In this document: in pieces, positions 25,515-40,510 of the stretch
How the letters are laid out: each line of letters opens with the position of its first letter
How positions within the stretch are numbered: position 1 is the stretch's first letter
Assembly (NCBI GenBank): GCA_964016885.1
Contig: OZ024747.1
Coordinates: forward strand, 45,632,001-45,696,000
DNA: 64,000 nucleotides
Source of the DNA: Eledone cirrhosa
Taxonomy: Eukaryota
Direction: 5' to 3'
Translations under genes and position numbers: made by a program
The notes under the pieces: model-generated
What the model saw: only the letters and a program-made list of their open reading frames with translations
Databases searched by the model: none
What the model was told of the DNA's origin: nothing

Positions 25515-27682
25515 TTACATACATTTTTATAATCTATTCAAGAATGGAAATATTTGCATGTGTGTGTGTGCATGTGAGCGTGTGTGTCTGTATAGATATA
25601 CAATTCTTTTCAAAATCGCAAACCTGGAGATCTTTTCTCTTTTTCTGCATAAGACGGGCAAGCGTTCATGTGTGCAAGTAACCTCTCAACTCATTATCGA
25701 TGTTAACCACGTTTAAAGCATAGGTTGATATGAATTGGGATCTGTGGTATTACTGATGAACCCAGACCTTAAATAACTTAAGGAGATACCACCAGGGATC
25801 ACGTCTGGTACTTCATTGATCGACTCCAGAACGACGTGATTTGAATTTAGAGCACAGTGAACCAGTACAAATGCTTCAAAACATTTAATCCGACACTCTA
25901 ACACCTCTGCTAATATACCATCTTCACCTAATTTAGCTCACAAGTCTTCGCTGAATACAAAACTACAATGTTAGACGATTGCCTAAGATATTACACAGTG
26001 GTGTCCAAACATGCAGCACATACTTGTGAAGCTAAATTCTTAGTATAAGTTCTTTTATCTTTTTTCCCTTTGATTCTTTCGCTGCTTTCAAATATTGAAC
26101 TGTGGTCATCCTTGAGCACCACCCCAGTATTTTCAATAGTACACTACTTATTCTTATCAGTCGCAGAAAAATTATAAACAAAATGAAACCTAGGTGCGTA
26201 TTGATCTCAGATTGTTGTAGTTCCTAAACAAGGACTGCGATGCATTTCATGGAACGCGCTATCGAATTATTTCTGCTACCTATCACACATATTTCCTTTG
26301 CTATATTTTCTTTTTATTTTCTTACAAGTTACTTTATGGATAATTGCAGTGCTAGCTGGCCGAATCATTACAAAGTTAGCTTCATAATAATTAGACGTGG
26401 GGTTTGATTCCACTGCATGCCATCATGAGCAAGTGCCATTTACTCTAGCCTCAGATAAACATGCCTTGCGAGTGAAATTGGATAGAAGCAAAACTGTTTG
26501 GAAGCTCGCGGGATAGATCAGACCTGTAATTTAAATCGCCCTGACTTGTTACACAGTGTGTCACAACGAATCTCCCTGAGAACTACACTGAGTGCACATA
26601 TATCTACAGAATGTTCAGTCACTTACGTGTTGTGTTAATTTCATGAGCAGATACTTCCATTGATCGAAAAACTATAACACTCATCGTCGAAACCGACGGA
26701 AATCTGTTCCACTTCCCTTTCCACTACACATATAACAATGTTTCCTATGTTACTTTATTTCTTTCATTCTATGGATAATTGTAGCGTTAGTACTGGACCT
26801 ATCATAGGTATATTGATGACTGAATTGGTAACAGATTTCTAAACCTATTAAAACAGTCACTAATAAGCTTAGTATTACAGAATCTTGTCAAAGTATATTT
26901 AGCTAAGATATAAAGTTTTTCTCTTAACTGCTGATATAATGTAGCACATCAATTAAGTACTTTCACTTATTATGGTAGCCTAATTTCTTTATTTTCCATG
27001 TGGGATAACACCAAGCTCTTAATTGTCTAATAAAAGAAAATCTTAATTAATATTTATTTGTCGACTGTCAGTGCTTCGGGATATAATTCATTGTTCCAGG
27101 TGAATTAGTTTCCATTTAAAGGACCTTCAACTGCTACTTCTTCAAATCTCTTCTGCCTTCCACTCTCTTTCATCATCTCTTCCCTCCTATCAGTCTTTAT
27201 ATATTTTACTTTCTCCCCATTCCCCTCTCCCGCTTTCTCCCTGTCTAATTTTCTCTTCTTGTATCCACTCACACTAGCAGCATCAGTCTTTGATTTTTCA
27301 AAGCTCTTTTATTGTCGATGCTACGAGGTTATGAAGATTTCAAAATATTGATAACTTAATGACATTTGAAACAAAATGAGATATAAATTAATAATCCTAT
27401 TTCCATGAAGATATTTTTTAATCTCAACCCTAGTACATTGAATTAATACAATGAAAGCGACAAATAATGAATTCATTATTTGAATTATTTCTGAATCGAA
27501 CCAGAAAAAGATTTGTTCATATTGTTGACGCACGTACTTGCACACATGGATGTGTGTATGTGTATATATCTACATTTATATATTTGATTAATGTGATCAT
27601 ACATACATACACGCACATATAGTAATATAGTAAGAAACACATATATACATATATATATATGTGTGTGTGTGTGTGTACACAC

Positions 27683-27782
<100 letters not shown>

Positions 27783-28692
27783 ACGTGTACGGATGTATGT
27801 ATGATGCATGTATGGTGTTATATTGATGGTGTTAAACGAAGAGAACGTACTTGGTAGGGACCATTCTTTATTATGTAACAGTTTGAGTATTTTGTCTAAG
27901 AACTAGGGTGACTTGGACACAGAGTTGAACTCTAAACATCTGTGTTGAAGTACAGACATTATACAGGATTAAGATCAATTCTTTTTAGATACATTTCTCA
28001 TGCTTTCTCAAAAGCTGTTTGCGTTTAATGAGTAATAGTTTATGAGATAAGATACCAAATAGTGACATCTTTGAAAATATGTGAATGGAGCAGTGAATGG
28101 AGCATGCCATTCATATAGAAGATACTAGAATTTCTATAATACTCCTAAATATAAACTCCCAAATAACCCTAATGCCGTAGTAGGGATAACAAATCAGACA
28201 AGTTTCAACCAGTTAGACCACATTCTCGGAGGGTCTTACCATTCAAGCATCAACTTTTGTGCAGTGAGTGCTTTCAGAGGAGATTGGCGCATAAGAACAC
28301 ATTATACCCTGAAGCAAAGGCACCCTATATATTGTTTTTAGGAAAGGAATATGTCTGCTTTAAGTACCAATTCAGTTGCAAGCCCATTGCCAGATTTTCT
28401 GTTCTTAGCAATAATCACGGGGACCGCGACATACGAGTTAAAATGTAATACACACAATCACCCGTGCTGGTATAGACATCGCCGTTTGTAAAATAGGACA
28501 GGCTAGACACTGAAATAAATTTGCATTTATTGTTATATTAATTTTATTTAATTTTATTAAATTTTACTATATTTTCTCAACTTGTGTCAGTTCTATATTT
28601 TCTTCGATTTTATTAGGTTTTATAATATATATTTTGCTATTTAGTCACTGAGCGTATATTCGACGTTCTCTTTGGGGAACTCAATAATATAA

Positions 28693-28775
<83 letters not shown>

Positions 28776-28863
28776 ATATGTGAGTGTGTGTGTGTGTGTA
28801 TAAAGGAATAACGACCGAGAGAAACAAACATATACATACATACATATATATATATATATACAC

Positions 28864-28972
<109 letters not shown>

Positions 28973-29562
28973 CACGTGTGGAAACTTTGAAAATGTCTGA
29001 AGTTGTTTAACTGAATGACACAGACTAATAACTTCGATTTCTAGTTTTTTGCTTCATTGCAGAACAAATCAAATTATTTCTAGAATCTACTCTAGAATAA
29101 CTAGAATACTCAGAAACAACCTGAAGATATTTCAATTGTAGGACCTTCTTGTCTAGTTTAACTGTTAGACGTTTTGGCTTAGGAAGCAATTTAAAAATTC
29201 TGAGAGCATATGGCTGAAAATTCAATAACTCTTAATTTAGCCTATAATTTTCATGAATGGATAGATATCTTTTTTTTTTGTGTGTGTTTTCTTTTATTTC
29301 ACTGATACTAAGATATTCATGCCTGATATGATATATTCAGGTTTCTCTTCTTACCCGTTGATAAGCTACAGTTCATACCGTATAAGCAGAGGTAGTGATT
29401 TTGATTTCGAAATAGCTGTTCAGTGTCCAATACTTGTTTCAATTTATCCTTAATAAGCTAACGGAAAGCTTAAACTGAAATAATACGAAACCCATTTAAT
29501 ATCTCTTGGACCATAAGGCTTAAATTTCACTAGTTCGCAACTTTGAAATAAAATAAACAAAA

Positions 29563-29946
29563 ATAATTGTTTCTACTTTAGGCACAAGGCCAGCACATAC
29601 CCAGTGCATTACTGGTACTTTATTTTATCGACCCCGAAAGGATGAAAGGCAAAGTCAACCTCAGCGGGATTTGAACTCAGATCGTAAAGGGACGTAACTA
29701 TGCTGGAAAGCATGGCGTCCGACCCTCTACCGATACTGCCAATCCAAAATAAACAAAATAATTGTTTCTACTTTAGGCACAAGGCCAGCAATTACCCAGT
29801 GCATTACTGGTACTTTATTTTATCGACCCCGAAAGGATGAAAGGCAAAGTCAACCTCGGCGGGATTTGAACTCAGATCGTAAAGGGACGTAACTATGCTG
29901 GAAAGCATGGCGTCCGACCCTCTACCGATACTGCCAATCCACCGCC
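29563..29946 (-). mobile_element. Two tandem near-full-length tRNA SINEs
   Basis: Two almost identical copies separated by a repeated aaataaacaaaa target-like sequence. Confidence 0.92.
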
Positions 29947-30942
29947 AAAATAATGCGAAAAAGATTGGTTAGCAACCACATAGTTCTGGATTTTACGCCA
30001 CTGTACGGCACCTTGCTCAAGTATCCTCAAAGGTAACCCCGGCTTGACTAACGCATTTTGAGGTAGAAGTAAACTGTGCTTAATCAGTGCAAAGATATTT
30101 CTTCCATTGCGAATTATTTGAAAAAGCTTTTGCCAATCGTGTGTAGTATTTGTTCCATTCCTAACCCCTTCTACTTCACTATTTTCCACTGGATAATTGC
30201 TGGCCTTGTGCCAAAAGTTGAAAAATTTATTTAAATTTGTCACCTTTTCCTTTCCCTTTTTCTGTTTGTTTTTGTTTGTTTATGATATTGATCATGATTT
30301 ATATATACTTTTATTATTGTATACATCTGTTCAATAATAAATTCTACTTTTCTGTTTTAAATTTCGCCATCAAATTTATCTCATAATTTCCATAAAAGTG
30401 TATGCACCTTGTTAGTTGTTCATCAATGCGTTTATAAAATTATATAGTATATTATGCTCACTCTATGCCATAAATAATATGGGTAGAATCTTCTTTTTAC
30501 TCAGAGATGTTATTTAGTTAATATTAACTACAGTAGCAGTTACTCTCATGGAAAATTGAAGTAACGATATTGTTTCAGTTACATGTTTTATTCTTTGCTC
30601 CCGTGCCTTTAGAAAAGGTTTGATCTAATTTAATAAGGAACCAATTGAAGAATTCTAGGAGCATATAGTTGACAATTCAATAATTCGTAATTTAGCTTAT
30701 GATATGCATGAAATTTAGATACCTTGATTTTTATTGTTTTGTACCTCAAATTATATAGTCAGTGTTCTATATTTACTCTTGCATATGATATAATTATTAG
30801 CAACTATGTTATCATCAATTATTTCAACATAGTATAATGCAAGTTCTGAAGTTTCCGACACGTTATTAATAAAGTTTTCCATATCTACCAATATAATTTT
30901 TAGAAAGGCATGTAATTTACAAAGCTTATTTTACAACCTTCC

Positions 30943-31078
<136 letters not shown>

Positions 31079-31084
31079 CCATTG

Positions 31085-31545
31085 TCATGATCAAACCGCC
31101 ACCCTCCTTCAAAAACGAAGGAGAGGCGGTTTTCCTTTGTGTGATAGCTATGGCGAAAGAGGTTGTATGGTGGACAAGGTTGAAAGGGCTGAGGTCAGAC
31201 ACCTTTCTCTCCGGCCAACAACTGATTCTTTTTTTCAAATACCACTTTGGAAGAAGAATCAGGATGGAGAGAGAGGTGCTGTACCCCAGCAAGTTTTATG
31301 AAAGGTGGGTGAAAGTGGCGAGAATGGCCCGAGTGAATGGGCCTTCTCTCCATATCAACCTGTAGGTTGAGGAAAAGGAGGAGGAGAGGAAAGGAGTACA
31401 AGCTCTTCGTACTCCTGGAGATGAGGGTTGCACATTTTTTTTCGGGGGTATGTGTTACCCATATAAACTGTCTCCCTCTATTGGGGAAAATCGACTAACT
31501 TTTAAATGCCATCTGTGATAACATTTTACACGTTTTTATTGTATG
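31085..31545 (+). pseudogene. 3' end of an L1/Tx1-like LINE ORF2 plus 3' UTR (5'-truncated)
   Basis: ORF 31087-31365 AVFLCVIAMAKEVVWWTRLK...RIRMERE...FYERWVKV resembles the AK..W..R / F..W C-terminus of L1/Tx1 ORF2. No catalytic motif is present. Confidence 0.5.
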
Positions 31546-31554
31546 TAAACATTG

Positions 31555-31779
31555 AAACAAAGAAAGGAATCCCCAGTCACTGAAGAGGTCACAGAGTGTG
31601 TGACGAAAGGACTATGACTATATATAAATAACTATCTGGTTGTGGAACCAACCAACCAACCAGAAATTTATAAGTTTGTAGATTTTTAAATTTATAAATT
31701 TATAAATATATAATAAATTGAAGTGAAAGCAACTGGTGCGTGTGTTTCTTATTGGCAACATGACCCTCCCAAACTATAT

Positions 31780-31783
<4 letters not shown>
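31555..31783 (+). mobile_element. Family E element, second copy
   Basis: Near-identical to 22038-22258; ends in (TA)n. Confidence 0.8.
31575..31619 (+). ncRNA. Minimal type I hammerhead ribozyme motif
   Basis: agtca-CTGAAGA-g-gtcaca gagtg tgtgac-GAAA-ggac-TA-tgact. Perfect 5-bp stem I, 6-bp stem II, very short stem III, CUA triplet. Confidence 0.7.
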
Positions 31784-31841
<58 letters not shown>

Positions 31842-31982
31842 TATATACAGTATATATATATATACAAGAGTGTTGTTTATCTTAGTTGTTACGAAGTAAC
31901 TTCCTGATGATAAGCAGGTCTTAGCGATCCGAAGCACTACACGTTAGTCGTTTATTGTAATATATATATAGTAGGTAATATT

Positions 31983-32220
31983 TATCAAATAATGGTAGTT
32001 AAGACCGGGTTAAATCACCATAATTGTTTATTGCATTCGATTTAATTCATCACTGGATGGATGTGCATAGCCACCGGCATATCATGATGATTTCATAACT
32101 GCACTAATGATTGCCTAAGAATCTGACGAAGTCACATGAATAACTGTGTAACAGAAATACATATAATGCAATAAGCAATTATAGTGATTTAACCCCGTCT
32201 AAACTAATATTATTTGATAT
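31983..32220. mobile_element. Small inverted-arm element with a degenerate hammerhead
   Basis: 31983-32038 is inverted against 32166-32220. CTGACGA...GAAA-tacata-TA lies at 32123-32165. Confidence 0.6.
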
Positions 32221-32242
32221 ATATATAGTTTTAATATAGAAG

Positions 32243-32293
32243 AGGTTCTACAGGACTAGAACTGTTTCATTCGTGAGAAATCATCAGGAAGCT
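32243..32293 (-). ncRNA. Type I hammerhead motif
   Basis: Reverse complement: agcttc-CTGATGA-tttc tcac gaat-GAAAC-ag ttctagtc ct-GTA-gaacct. Confidence 0.7.
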
Positions 32294-32793
32294 GGCTAGC
32301 CAAGTAAATGGTAGTATTTATGTCTTTCCTTATCTAGTGGTAGGAGAGGGTGGGGATTTGGATGGGTGTAGGTCATTGGTTGAAGGATTTAAAGAAAAGG
32401 GCGTTCATAAAATGTTAATTCTTAAAAGCTATAATATTAACAAAGGCAGAAAGAATACTGTAAACAAATTCAAAATTGGAATACATATCCTTGTTTATCA
32501 CTTAGACTAACAATGCATGTAAGACAGGTGTCTACGGGATGGGTGGGGTTCAATGGTTTAAAGAAAAGGGAAATTCTTTAGAAGCTAATTCTTTAAGGCT
32601 GAAGTAAGGGTGACAAAGACAGAAAGGGTTCCATCAACAGATTCAAGTGTTGGGGTGAGACCCAAGAATTAGCTTTTAATGAACTCTCCTTTCTTTAAAT
32701 CCTTCAACCAATGACCTACACCCATCCCAATCCTCACCCTCTCCTACCACTAGAAAAAGAAAGACATAAATACTACCATTTACTTGGACAGCC

Positions 32794-32844
32794 AGCTTCC
32801 TGATGATTTCTCACGAATGAAACATTTGTAGTCCTGTAGAAGCT
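32794..32844 (+). ncRNA. Type I hammerhead motif
   Basis: agcttc-CTGATGA-tttctcacgaat-GAAAC-a..t-GTA-gaagct. Perfect 6-bp stem I; GUA triplet. Confidence 0.75.
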
Positions 32845-32919
32845 CTTCTATATTAAAACTTTTATACTCTGCTATTTATTGAGTACCTTACTTACAGTGG
32901 TTACCTCCGGAATAACTTA

Positions 32920-32993
32920 TATATATATATATATATGGGGGGGTCTGTGTGTGTGTATATATATGTATATATATATGTATATATATGTATATA

Positions 32994-33067
<74 letters not shown>

Positions 33068-33150
33068 GTGTGTGTCTGTGTATGCGTGTGTGTGTGTATA
33101 TATATGTATATATATATGTATATATATGTATATATATATCTATATGTATA

Positions 33151-33207
<57 letters not shown>

Positions 33208-33462
33208 ATATATGTCTATGTATACAATATATATATGTGTATATATATATATGTATATATATATACGCATATATATATACACACATATATATATACAAAT
33301 ATATATATATATACACATATATATATATATATATACATATATACATATATAAATACATATACATATATATACATATATATACATATATATATATACATAT
33401 ACATATATATACATATATATACATATATATACATATATATACACACACACGCATACCCCCCC

Positions 33463-33495
<33 letters not shown>
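32920..33495. repeat. Compound (TA)n/(TATG)n/(TACA)n microsatellite
   Basis: Direct reading. Confidence 0.95.
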
Positions 33496-33496
<1 letters not shown>

Positions 33497-36400
33497 CAAT
33501 GCTGTCACTGATCGAGACGTAGTGAGAGTGTATTTAAATATATATAAACATGAGAAAACTCATCGCTAGAACAGCCGTTACAACAACTAAGTGCTGTTAA
33601 AGACAGCGATAGGCAAACATGCCTCAGAGGACAGAGACCAGTTGCCACAAGGTGGGTGACAGGCAGATAGAAAAGATTTAAAGAGCAGGAAGGCAAGGAG
33701 AAGTGCGCTGGCGCACAGAAATGACTGGAAGAAGGAAATATAGAAAGGCGATGTATAAGACAAGTTTACACACACACACATTATCAGCTCTCAAACCAGC
33801 AAAATGGTTTCGCATGATTTAATTGAGAGAACCATTTTTAAAATGCTGGATCATGCAACAGAAAAATACATCTTTCTGCTGGTGTGATGTGATGTGTATG
33901 TGTGTGTGTGTGTGATAAAACAAAGGCTACAAATAAAAGGACGAAAGAAAACAAAGAAAATAAAATAATGGTATAGTGGATCTCAAGCTGTGGTGCCTGT
34001 CCTAAATAGAAAGCTAATTAGTACTTGACTGTTATCTTATTTTATGGACCCAATTATGGATACGTGTCGAAGGTAATCTTTGCAGGATTTGAAATCAGAA
34101 TGAAAAGAATCAGAACAAAATAACATAAAACATTTTATCTGACACTCTAATGATTCAGCCATTCGCCCCGTTTGGCTAAGTTGCTTCATGTTATCTATCA
34201 TATTTTAGTCTCAGTTAGCTGTAAATAACAATGAATGTTGTTCCCTCTGGCACCAATGTATTCCAGTTTTAATATAGCATATTTTCATTTTAAATCAACC
34301 ATTAATAGACGCATATACAGTTATTACATTTACCACTATGTACACATTAATTCATACACACACTCACCTATACACCCACATGTACAAACACATAGAGACA
34401 TGAAAGTTTAATTCAGATCCACTATCAACATTTAAAAAGATTGTAGAACTGTCATTCTGTGAATGATCTCGATCTTAAATTTTTTTGAAGCTGATGAGAG
34501 TAATTAAACTTTTAGAAATTACAATATAATTAATTTTCTTATAAGCAGAATTTATTGCTATTAAACAACCATGCTATGTGTTAATTGCAGCAACATGTGC
34601 TACATGCATATTTTTATAATAAAATATCTCAATTTTCTTAAGAAAGTAAGACATGTCAAAAACGAATTAATTTTCTAATTTATATTATGAATAATTTAAA
34701 AATACAAGCAATTAGGAATAATGAGTGATAGAAATCTCGACAAGCAAAAACAGCATTTTATTTTATTTCTTTAATATCACAAGAGTTATACAATTAATAA
34801 CGTAATTACTTTAATGAAGAAAACATTAAGGTTTTATAATTAATATATTATTCAGCTAAGATTTCATAAACAATAAATCTCTATGTATCTTGTATGTAAA
34901 TATGGACATTGGAAAGATAGAATATTAACTGAAACGCAAAATAGTGTTAAGTGTGAGCTAATGCTCAATTTGTTTTTTCTCTTCATATCATATTTATGTC
35001 TATGTTTATATTTAATGCATTCTAATGTATTAATATTTTCATTTTCTAACATCTGTTTTCAATTGAGAGCGAAACCTTATGTTAATAACTGGAACAAATT
35101 ATAATTTATGTATGAATTAACTGCTATTGTGTTCAACATAAAATGATATTAGATACTATAAGCATAGGTTTGAGACAGAAAATAGGAGTCACATTATTGG
35201 GACTCTTCTTCTTTACTGTCTCAAATAGATGCTTATAATATCAAATCATTTACTTTTTTAATAAACTTTTATCAACAAAACGTAGTTACCATCATTTGGC
35301 AGTTTTGTCGATTCTTAAGAAACCCGAATCCTTATGATAGGACCTATTAGAATTTGAAACATGAATGTAATGTTTTCGAAACGAACACTATCACAAAGCA
35401 ATTACTGAGAACTCGAGTGGAAATATTATCAGAAATAAGCAAAGACCCTTTCTTCAATGACCTCTTTGATTGTGACGATGTTGGTATTGATTTGTGACGA
35501 GTTTGTTGTTGGTGAAAAATGGCTCATTACTTGAAGAAGTTTTCATGGATGAGCAGCCAATGTATTGCAGCCAAGTGTTTTCAGAAAGGCACATGGATAT
35601 TTGGCAATGTTAAGCCAAAGGCTTTTACAGAACTGATCTGTGAAAGAGCAAGGACTCTTCCGTTCTTAAGGAGATCGTTGAAATGTCATATTGTAGCAAC
35701 AGTGACTTCTGTGATTGATTCATTTGTGTTAAAAGACTGGAGACTTTAGAATTGCTAAATACGCAGCGGTAACTATTTGACATTTTCTTAACCTTTATTG
35801 CTGTCAAACTCTTTTCAGATTCATTTAAAAGAGAAGGAAAAATGAAGAAGTTCAGATATTTTGAAAAGATGCTTCTAAGAGAGGAATACAAATATTCAGA
35901 TGTATTTTAAAGTTTTATTTCATTACTTTTCTTAAGACTAAAAGGTCCTGAGATAAAAGTTGCTCTTAAGAAGAAAAATGAAAGTTATTTAAATTATAAT
36001 ACCATAAATTATAATACCATAATTAAGATTGACAGAACTAAATTACATATTTCACAAAAAGAAAACGCGGCATACATATTATCATAATGGTTTAAATTAC
36101 TCTAGAATTTTAATTTTACCCGTTTTTCAAAATTTGAAATTGAATATAATTAACGATGTAGCCATATGTATATATGTTTGTTTTTTAAACATTTGGCATT
36201 TTTGCAATGAAATGTATATGGTAATATGTATATAATTAGAATATGATTGAAGACATTGGAGAATTGCTAGATAATTGTACAATTTTTAAAAATAAACATT
36301 TTAAAACAATAACTTAAGTTAGATCACTTAATATTCCCTTATACAATGAGTTCAATCCTGATGGTTCGATTTTCTTTTCAGAACTGACGCAATGAATCCC

Positions 36401-38848
36401 AGCTGTATAATAATGTTAAATATAAAGCTTCAGATAAGTTGCCTTTCATGGACGCTAACACTCTTCATATTGTACCTTTTGCTGATTGACTTTGACTGAT
36501 TACCCTAACCTTCTAAACTTCTAATTGAAATATTGTCAGATTATGGGGTTTGAGTTGCTACAAAGTTGCAGTAGGCTCAATATCACCCTAACTCATTAAG
36601 TTGAAAACAAGCAATGCTTAAGTTGATTTTTACAAATAAATTTTAGATTCAATGTGCTGGCTCCATGACAAAATGCACCCAGAAAAAGCTGTAAATTTGT
36701 TGGTGGGGTCATAAAGTTATCTCTTGTGTTGATAACATACTAAAATGACCCAGTAAAATACGTAAAAATGTTGGCGCTAGGATAGGCCTCCAGCTGTAAA
36801 AACCATACTGTGAGACCTGTGAGAAATAGAACATCCGAGTGAGACCTAGACTGCTAGCTCATCTAGAAGGGTCGCAAATTCAATGAATAACTGACTCAAA
36901 TCATGATGATGTTTCCAGCCCTTGCCCACATAGAACGATGATGATTTCATGATATATTTGGTAAAGTGTATTTATGACTTATGTTCGTTGTTTAACTCAC
37001 ATTTAACCCTAATAAACTAGACAAAATCCTTCCTGCCATGGCCAACTTATCTTTCTGGTGGTATCTAATACACTAACTAATATGTACACTTTCCATTTTC
37101 AGACAGTCGAGTGTAATTTGAGTTAAAATTAGCTGCTGTTTCAAGCAAGTCAAACAACCAGGTCAGCACTACCCTAGTTCACTCATATGATTGTTGGAGT
37201 ATATTCTTCACGTGTCATATATAGTCTGTTTCAATGACATAAGCATTGAATTCTTTTATTCGTATATTGGTTTCAATCATTAGACTGTGGCCATGTTGGA
37301 GCACCACCTTATTTACTTAATACTTGCGTAGATCGGAAAATTTACTAACAATAATTATTGTTTTCCTATTTTGATAAACCTCAGAACACTCTTGAGACAA
37401 AATTTGAAATTTAAGTATAGGTATTCAAAATAAACTACATACTTTAAAATATGTTTCTATATTTACACATTTAGAATATTTATTTGCCTCTTGTCTTTGC
37501 ATTATTTTCCATAATTATTTCAAATAAACGCTTATTTGTATATTTCTATTTTTAGCAGTTGTAGTAATCATATCTCTTCAAATAGAAATCATAAGTTGTC
37601 TTTCTTTCCAAACAAAGATACCCAAATAATTAACAAAGATATATTTTCTTGAAATCTTTGTCCTTTTTTCTTTCTTTTTTCTTTACTCAACAACAATGTG
37701 CGAATTTATGCAGATTTCTATACTTTGGTCCTTTAAATAAATGTATGAAGCAGCCAAAAGAATACGAAAAATTTTACATTAGAATAGTGCTTTCTTTTGT
37801 ATTAACAAAGGATACTTTGAATTTTTGTTTTATTTTTTCAGCATCACAAGAAGTCATGAATATCATATTATGCATTCTGACTTACGTTATTATCCTCATT
37901 TTTACTAAGCATTCTATTTTTAACCAACCAATGAATCAGCTCAGAGAAAAATAACAAAACGAAACAATAAAATTTGAACTTCGTATTGTTTTCATAAAGA
38001 CGGACTATTTTTAACATGACATTACAAGTCATTTAGTCTAATAAAACTGCCACCTTTATCTATAATGTAGAGTTGGCTATTATTTCTAGTCATGTCCAAA
38101 TAATTCCAAGCTTCTATTGTCCAATGGAACTTATGAGAATTAAATTTTTTTCTGAGGAGATATTTTTCTTCTTCCATACTATTGTTTTCATTATCACTAA
38201 ACCTTTACGAATTTACTCATTTTTAAAGACTTATCAATCTATTTACACATTCGTTGTTTCACGTGTATTTAGTTGATAAATTAGAACATTCTTAATATTT
38301 TTAACTTGTATATCGATTTTGTTTTTATCCCCTATGAGTTCACATTAACAACAAGTATTGCTTCAATATTTCAGAGTTAAATAGAACTTTTTAGAAAGGC
38401 AAGTTGTTTAAGCATACTCACATACATATACATACATATATATATACAAACATTCATACATATAAACATGCATACATACATAGAAACATACATACACATA
38501 TACATACAAGCATATAAACGTACATACATAACTACATACATGCATATATACATACATGCGTACATACATATAAACGTACATACATATGTGCTACATGCTT
38601 TTATACAAGCGTACACACACACATGCATACATAAATACATACATCAACCCTAAAAACACCTATAGTTTTATTATACAGAAGCTATGTATTACGACAACTG
38701 CAGCATGATAATGTCTGTTTGCCTCATTCGGTGACTGATGCGAGCCAAGGTTGGTTTGCAAGATCAAGGATGAGGGTCGGAGGGTGGGTTAGCTGAGCTA
38801 TGAGTTCAGGTTTATAGTGTTTTCTGAGGGTTAAGCCAAAATGGTCAT

Positions 38849-39481
38849 ATTTAAATACATGGTGGCTGCCAACTTGTTTTCGAGTACGGCCATTACTTTA
38901 TATCCATGTAGGAGAACCCCTACCGATGCGCTGAACGAGTGTGGATTTTTAGTCCAGCCAGCGACTTGAAAACTTTGGTACAAACACTACACTTGTGACA
39001 ATTATTGACACATAGTGCTGGGCCCATGGTACCATGTGACGACAAGTGCAGAGAGATCTCCAGATATAAAGCAATGCCTGTGTCGTGAAGCTTTTATAGT
39101 GAGCAAAGGCACTGCACAGAGCCAGTCCCACTCTCTTAACCAAGATGATATTTACCAAAAAGAAGAACAAGTCAACATCATTGGATACCATCAGGGTTGC
39201 AGGTGTTATATCAGAGTTTTCCTTCTCCTAGAATTCTGCCTTGACAAAGGCTAAGGGTTCACCTCTTCCGGTGATTTTGGATGGCCATTGCCGCTTAAGA
39301 GCTCCTTTGCCCTTTGACAGGTTTTGTTTTTAGTCCTGCAGGATGTCCAAAGTCACCCTCCTCACCAAGAAACCTTGGGGGATGCCAGTTTAGTCGCCAA
39401 CGACCCGACCATGAGATAGGTTGTACTGGGATATATGTTACCAGTAGCACCAACTGGTGACCTGACATAATTTAAATACAT
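38849..39481 (-). mobile_element. ~600-bp non-autonomous RTE-derived retroelement with a 12-bp TSD
   Basis: Reverse-complement copy of 52789-53390. atttaaatacat is duplicated at 38849-38860 and 39470-39481. Confidence 0.8.
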
Positions 39482-39537
39482 ACAAGTATACATACATACA
39501 TGCATATATATATATACTCATATACATCTATATGTAT

Positions 39538-39579
<42 letters not shown>

Positions 39580-39750
39580 GCGTGCACGCGCGCGCGTACA
39601 AGCGTACATAAATACATACAATCATATATACGTACATACATACAATCGTTAAATTTTGCTTCCATTTAAAGTTTCCTCCCTATTTTTTCTTTATATTATT
39701 TATATTTTCCCTGAATCTAAACGCGCACATACATGTAGACACATATATTT

Positions 39751-39796
<46 letters not shown>

Positions 39797-39898
39797 ACAC
39801 ACACACGCACACACACACACACACACACCACCACCACCACCATCACCACCACCACCACCACCACCACCACCTCCACCCACCCATCACACACACACACA

Positions 39899-39961
39899 TT
39901 TTCAGAAGATCCCGTTAAGGGTGAAAGCAGCGATTCTTCGCTTAAACTTTAATCTGTTTTT

Positions 39962-39966
<5 letters not shown>
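39899..39966 (+). mobile_element. Family B fragment starting at the hammerhead-like motif
   Basis: ttt-CAGAAGA-tcccgttaagggt-GAAA-gc..gc-TT-aaact, then (TA)n. Confidence 0.7.
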
Positions 39967-40009
<43 letters not shown>

Positions 40010-40032
40010 CATACAAATATGTTTGTAATTTC

Positions 40033-40175
40033 ATATACTAATGAAACGGCAAGAGCTCAGCCGTCGGGTCCCGACTCTTTATAACCTAACCACACTCTAC
40101 TACACCAAGTATCGAGTCCTCTGTTGAGTGATGGTCTAACTAGTTTTAAACTGATTCTATCCTGATGCTATCCTG

Positions 40176-40178
<3 letters not shown>
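40033..40178 (+). mobile_element. Divergent family A arm
   Basis: GAAAC-ggc-aagagctca-gcc-GTC, followed by the actctactac...tcgagt tail. Confidence 0.65.
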
Positions 40179-40233
<55 letters not shown>

Positions 40234-40239
40234 TTGTGT

Positions 40240-40292
<53 letters not shown>

Positions 40293-40447
40293 TGTATGTA
40301 CATAGTTTATCTAAACATGTCAACTATAAATTTGGTTCCATATCCAGGGAAATACATAAAGAATATAAATAGCGTACATAATATTTCATTTTTTTTTTTA
40401 CTTAATGTACTGATTTATTATAAATATACATACGCGCGCGCGCGCGT

Positions 40448-40492
<45 letters not shown>

Positions 40493-40510
40493 CACTCATA
40501 TATATATATA

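Larger units (their letters stand above)
32227..32918. mobile_element. Inverted-arm element with a hammerhead in each arm, flanked by (TA)n
   Basis: Arms 32227-32423 and 32664-32860. The right arm has a ~58-bp extra tail. Confidence 0.85.

Noticed and set aside
32879-33569. YI/CV/HT-repeat ORFs throughout the window
   Set aside because: Dinucleotide microsatellite translations with no coding signal.
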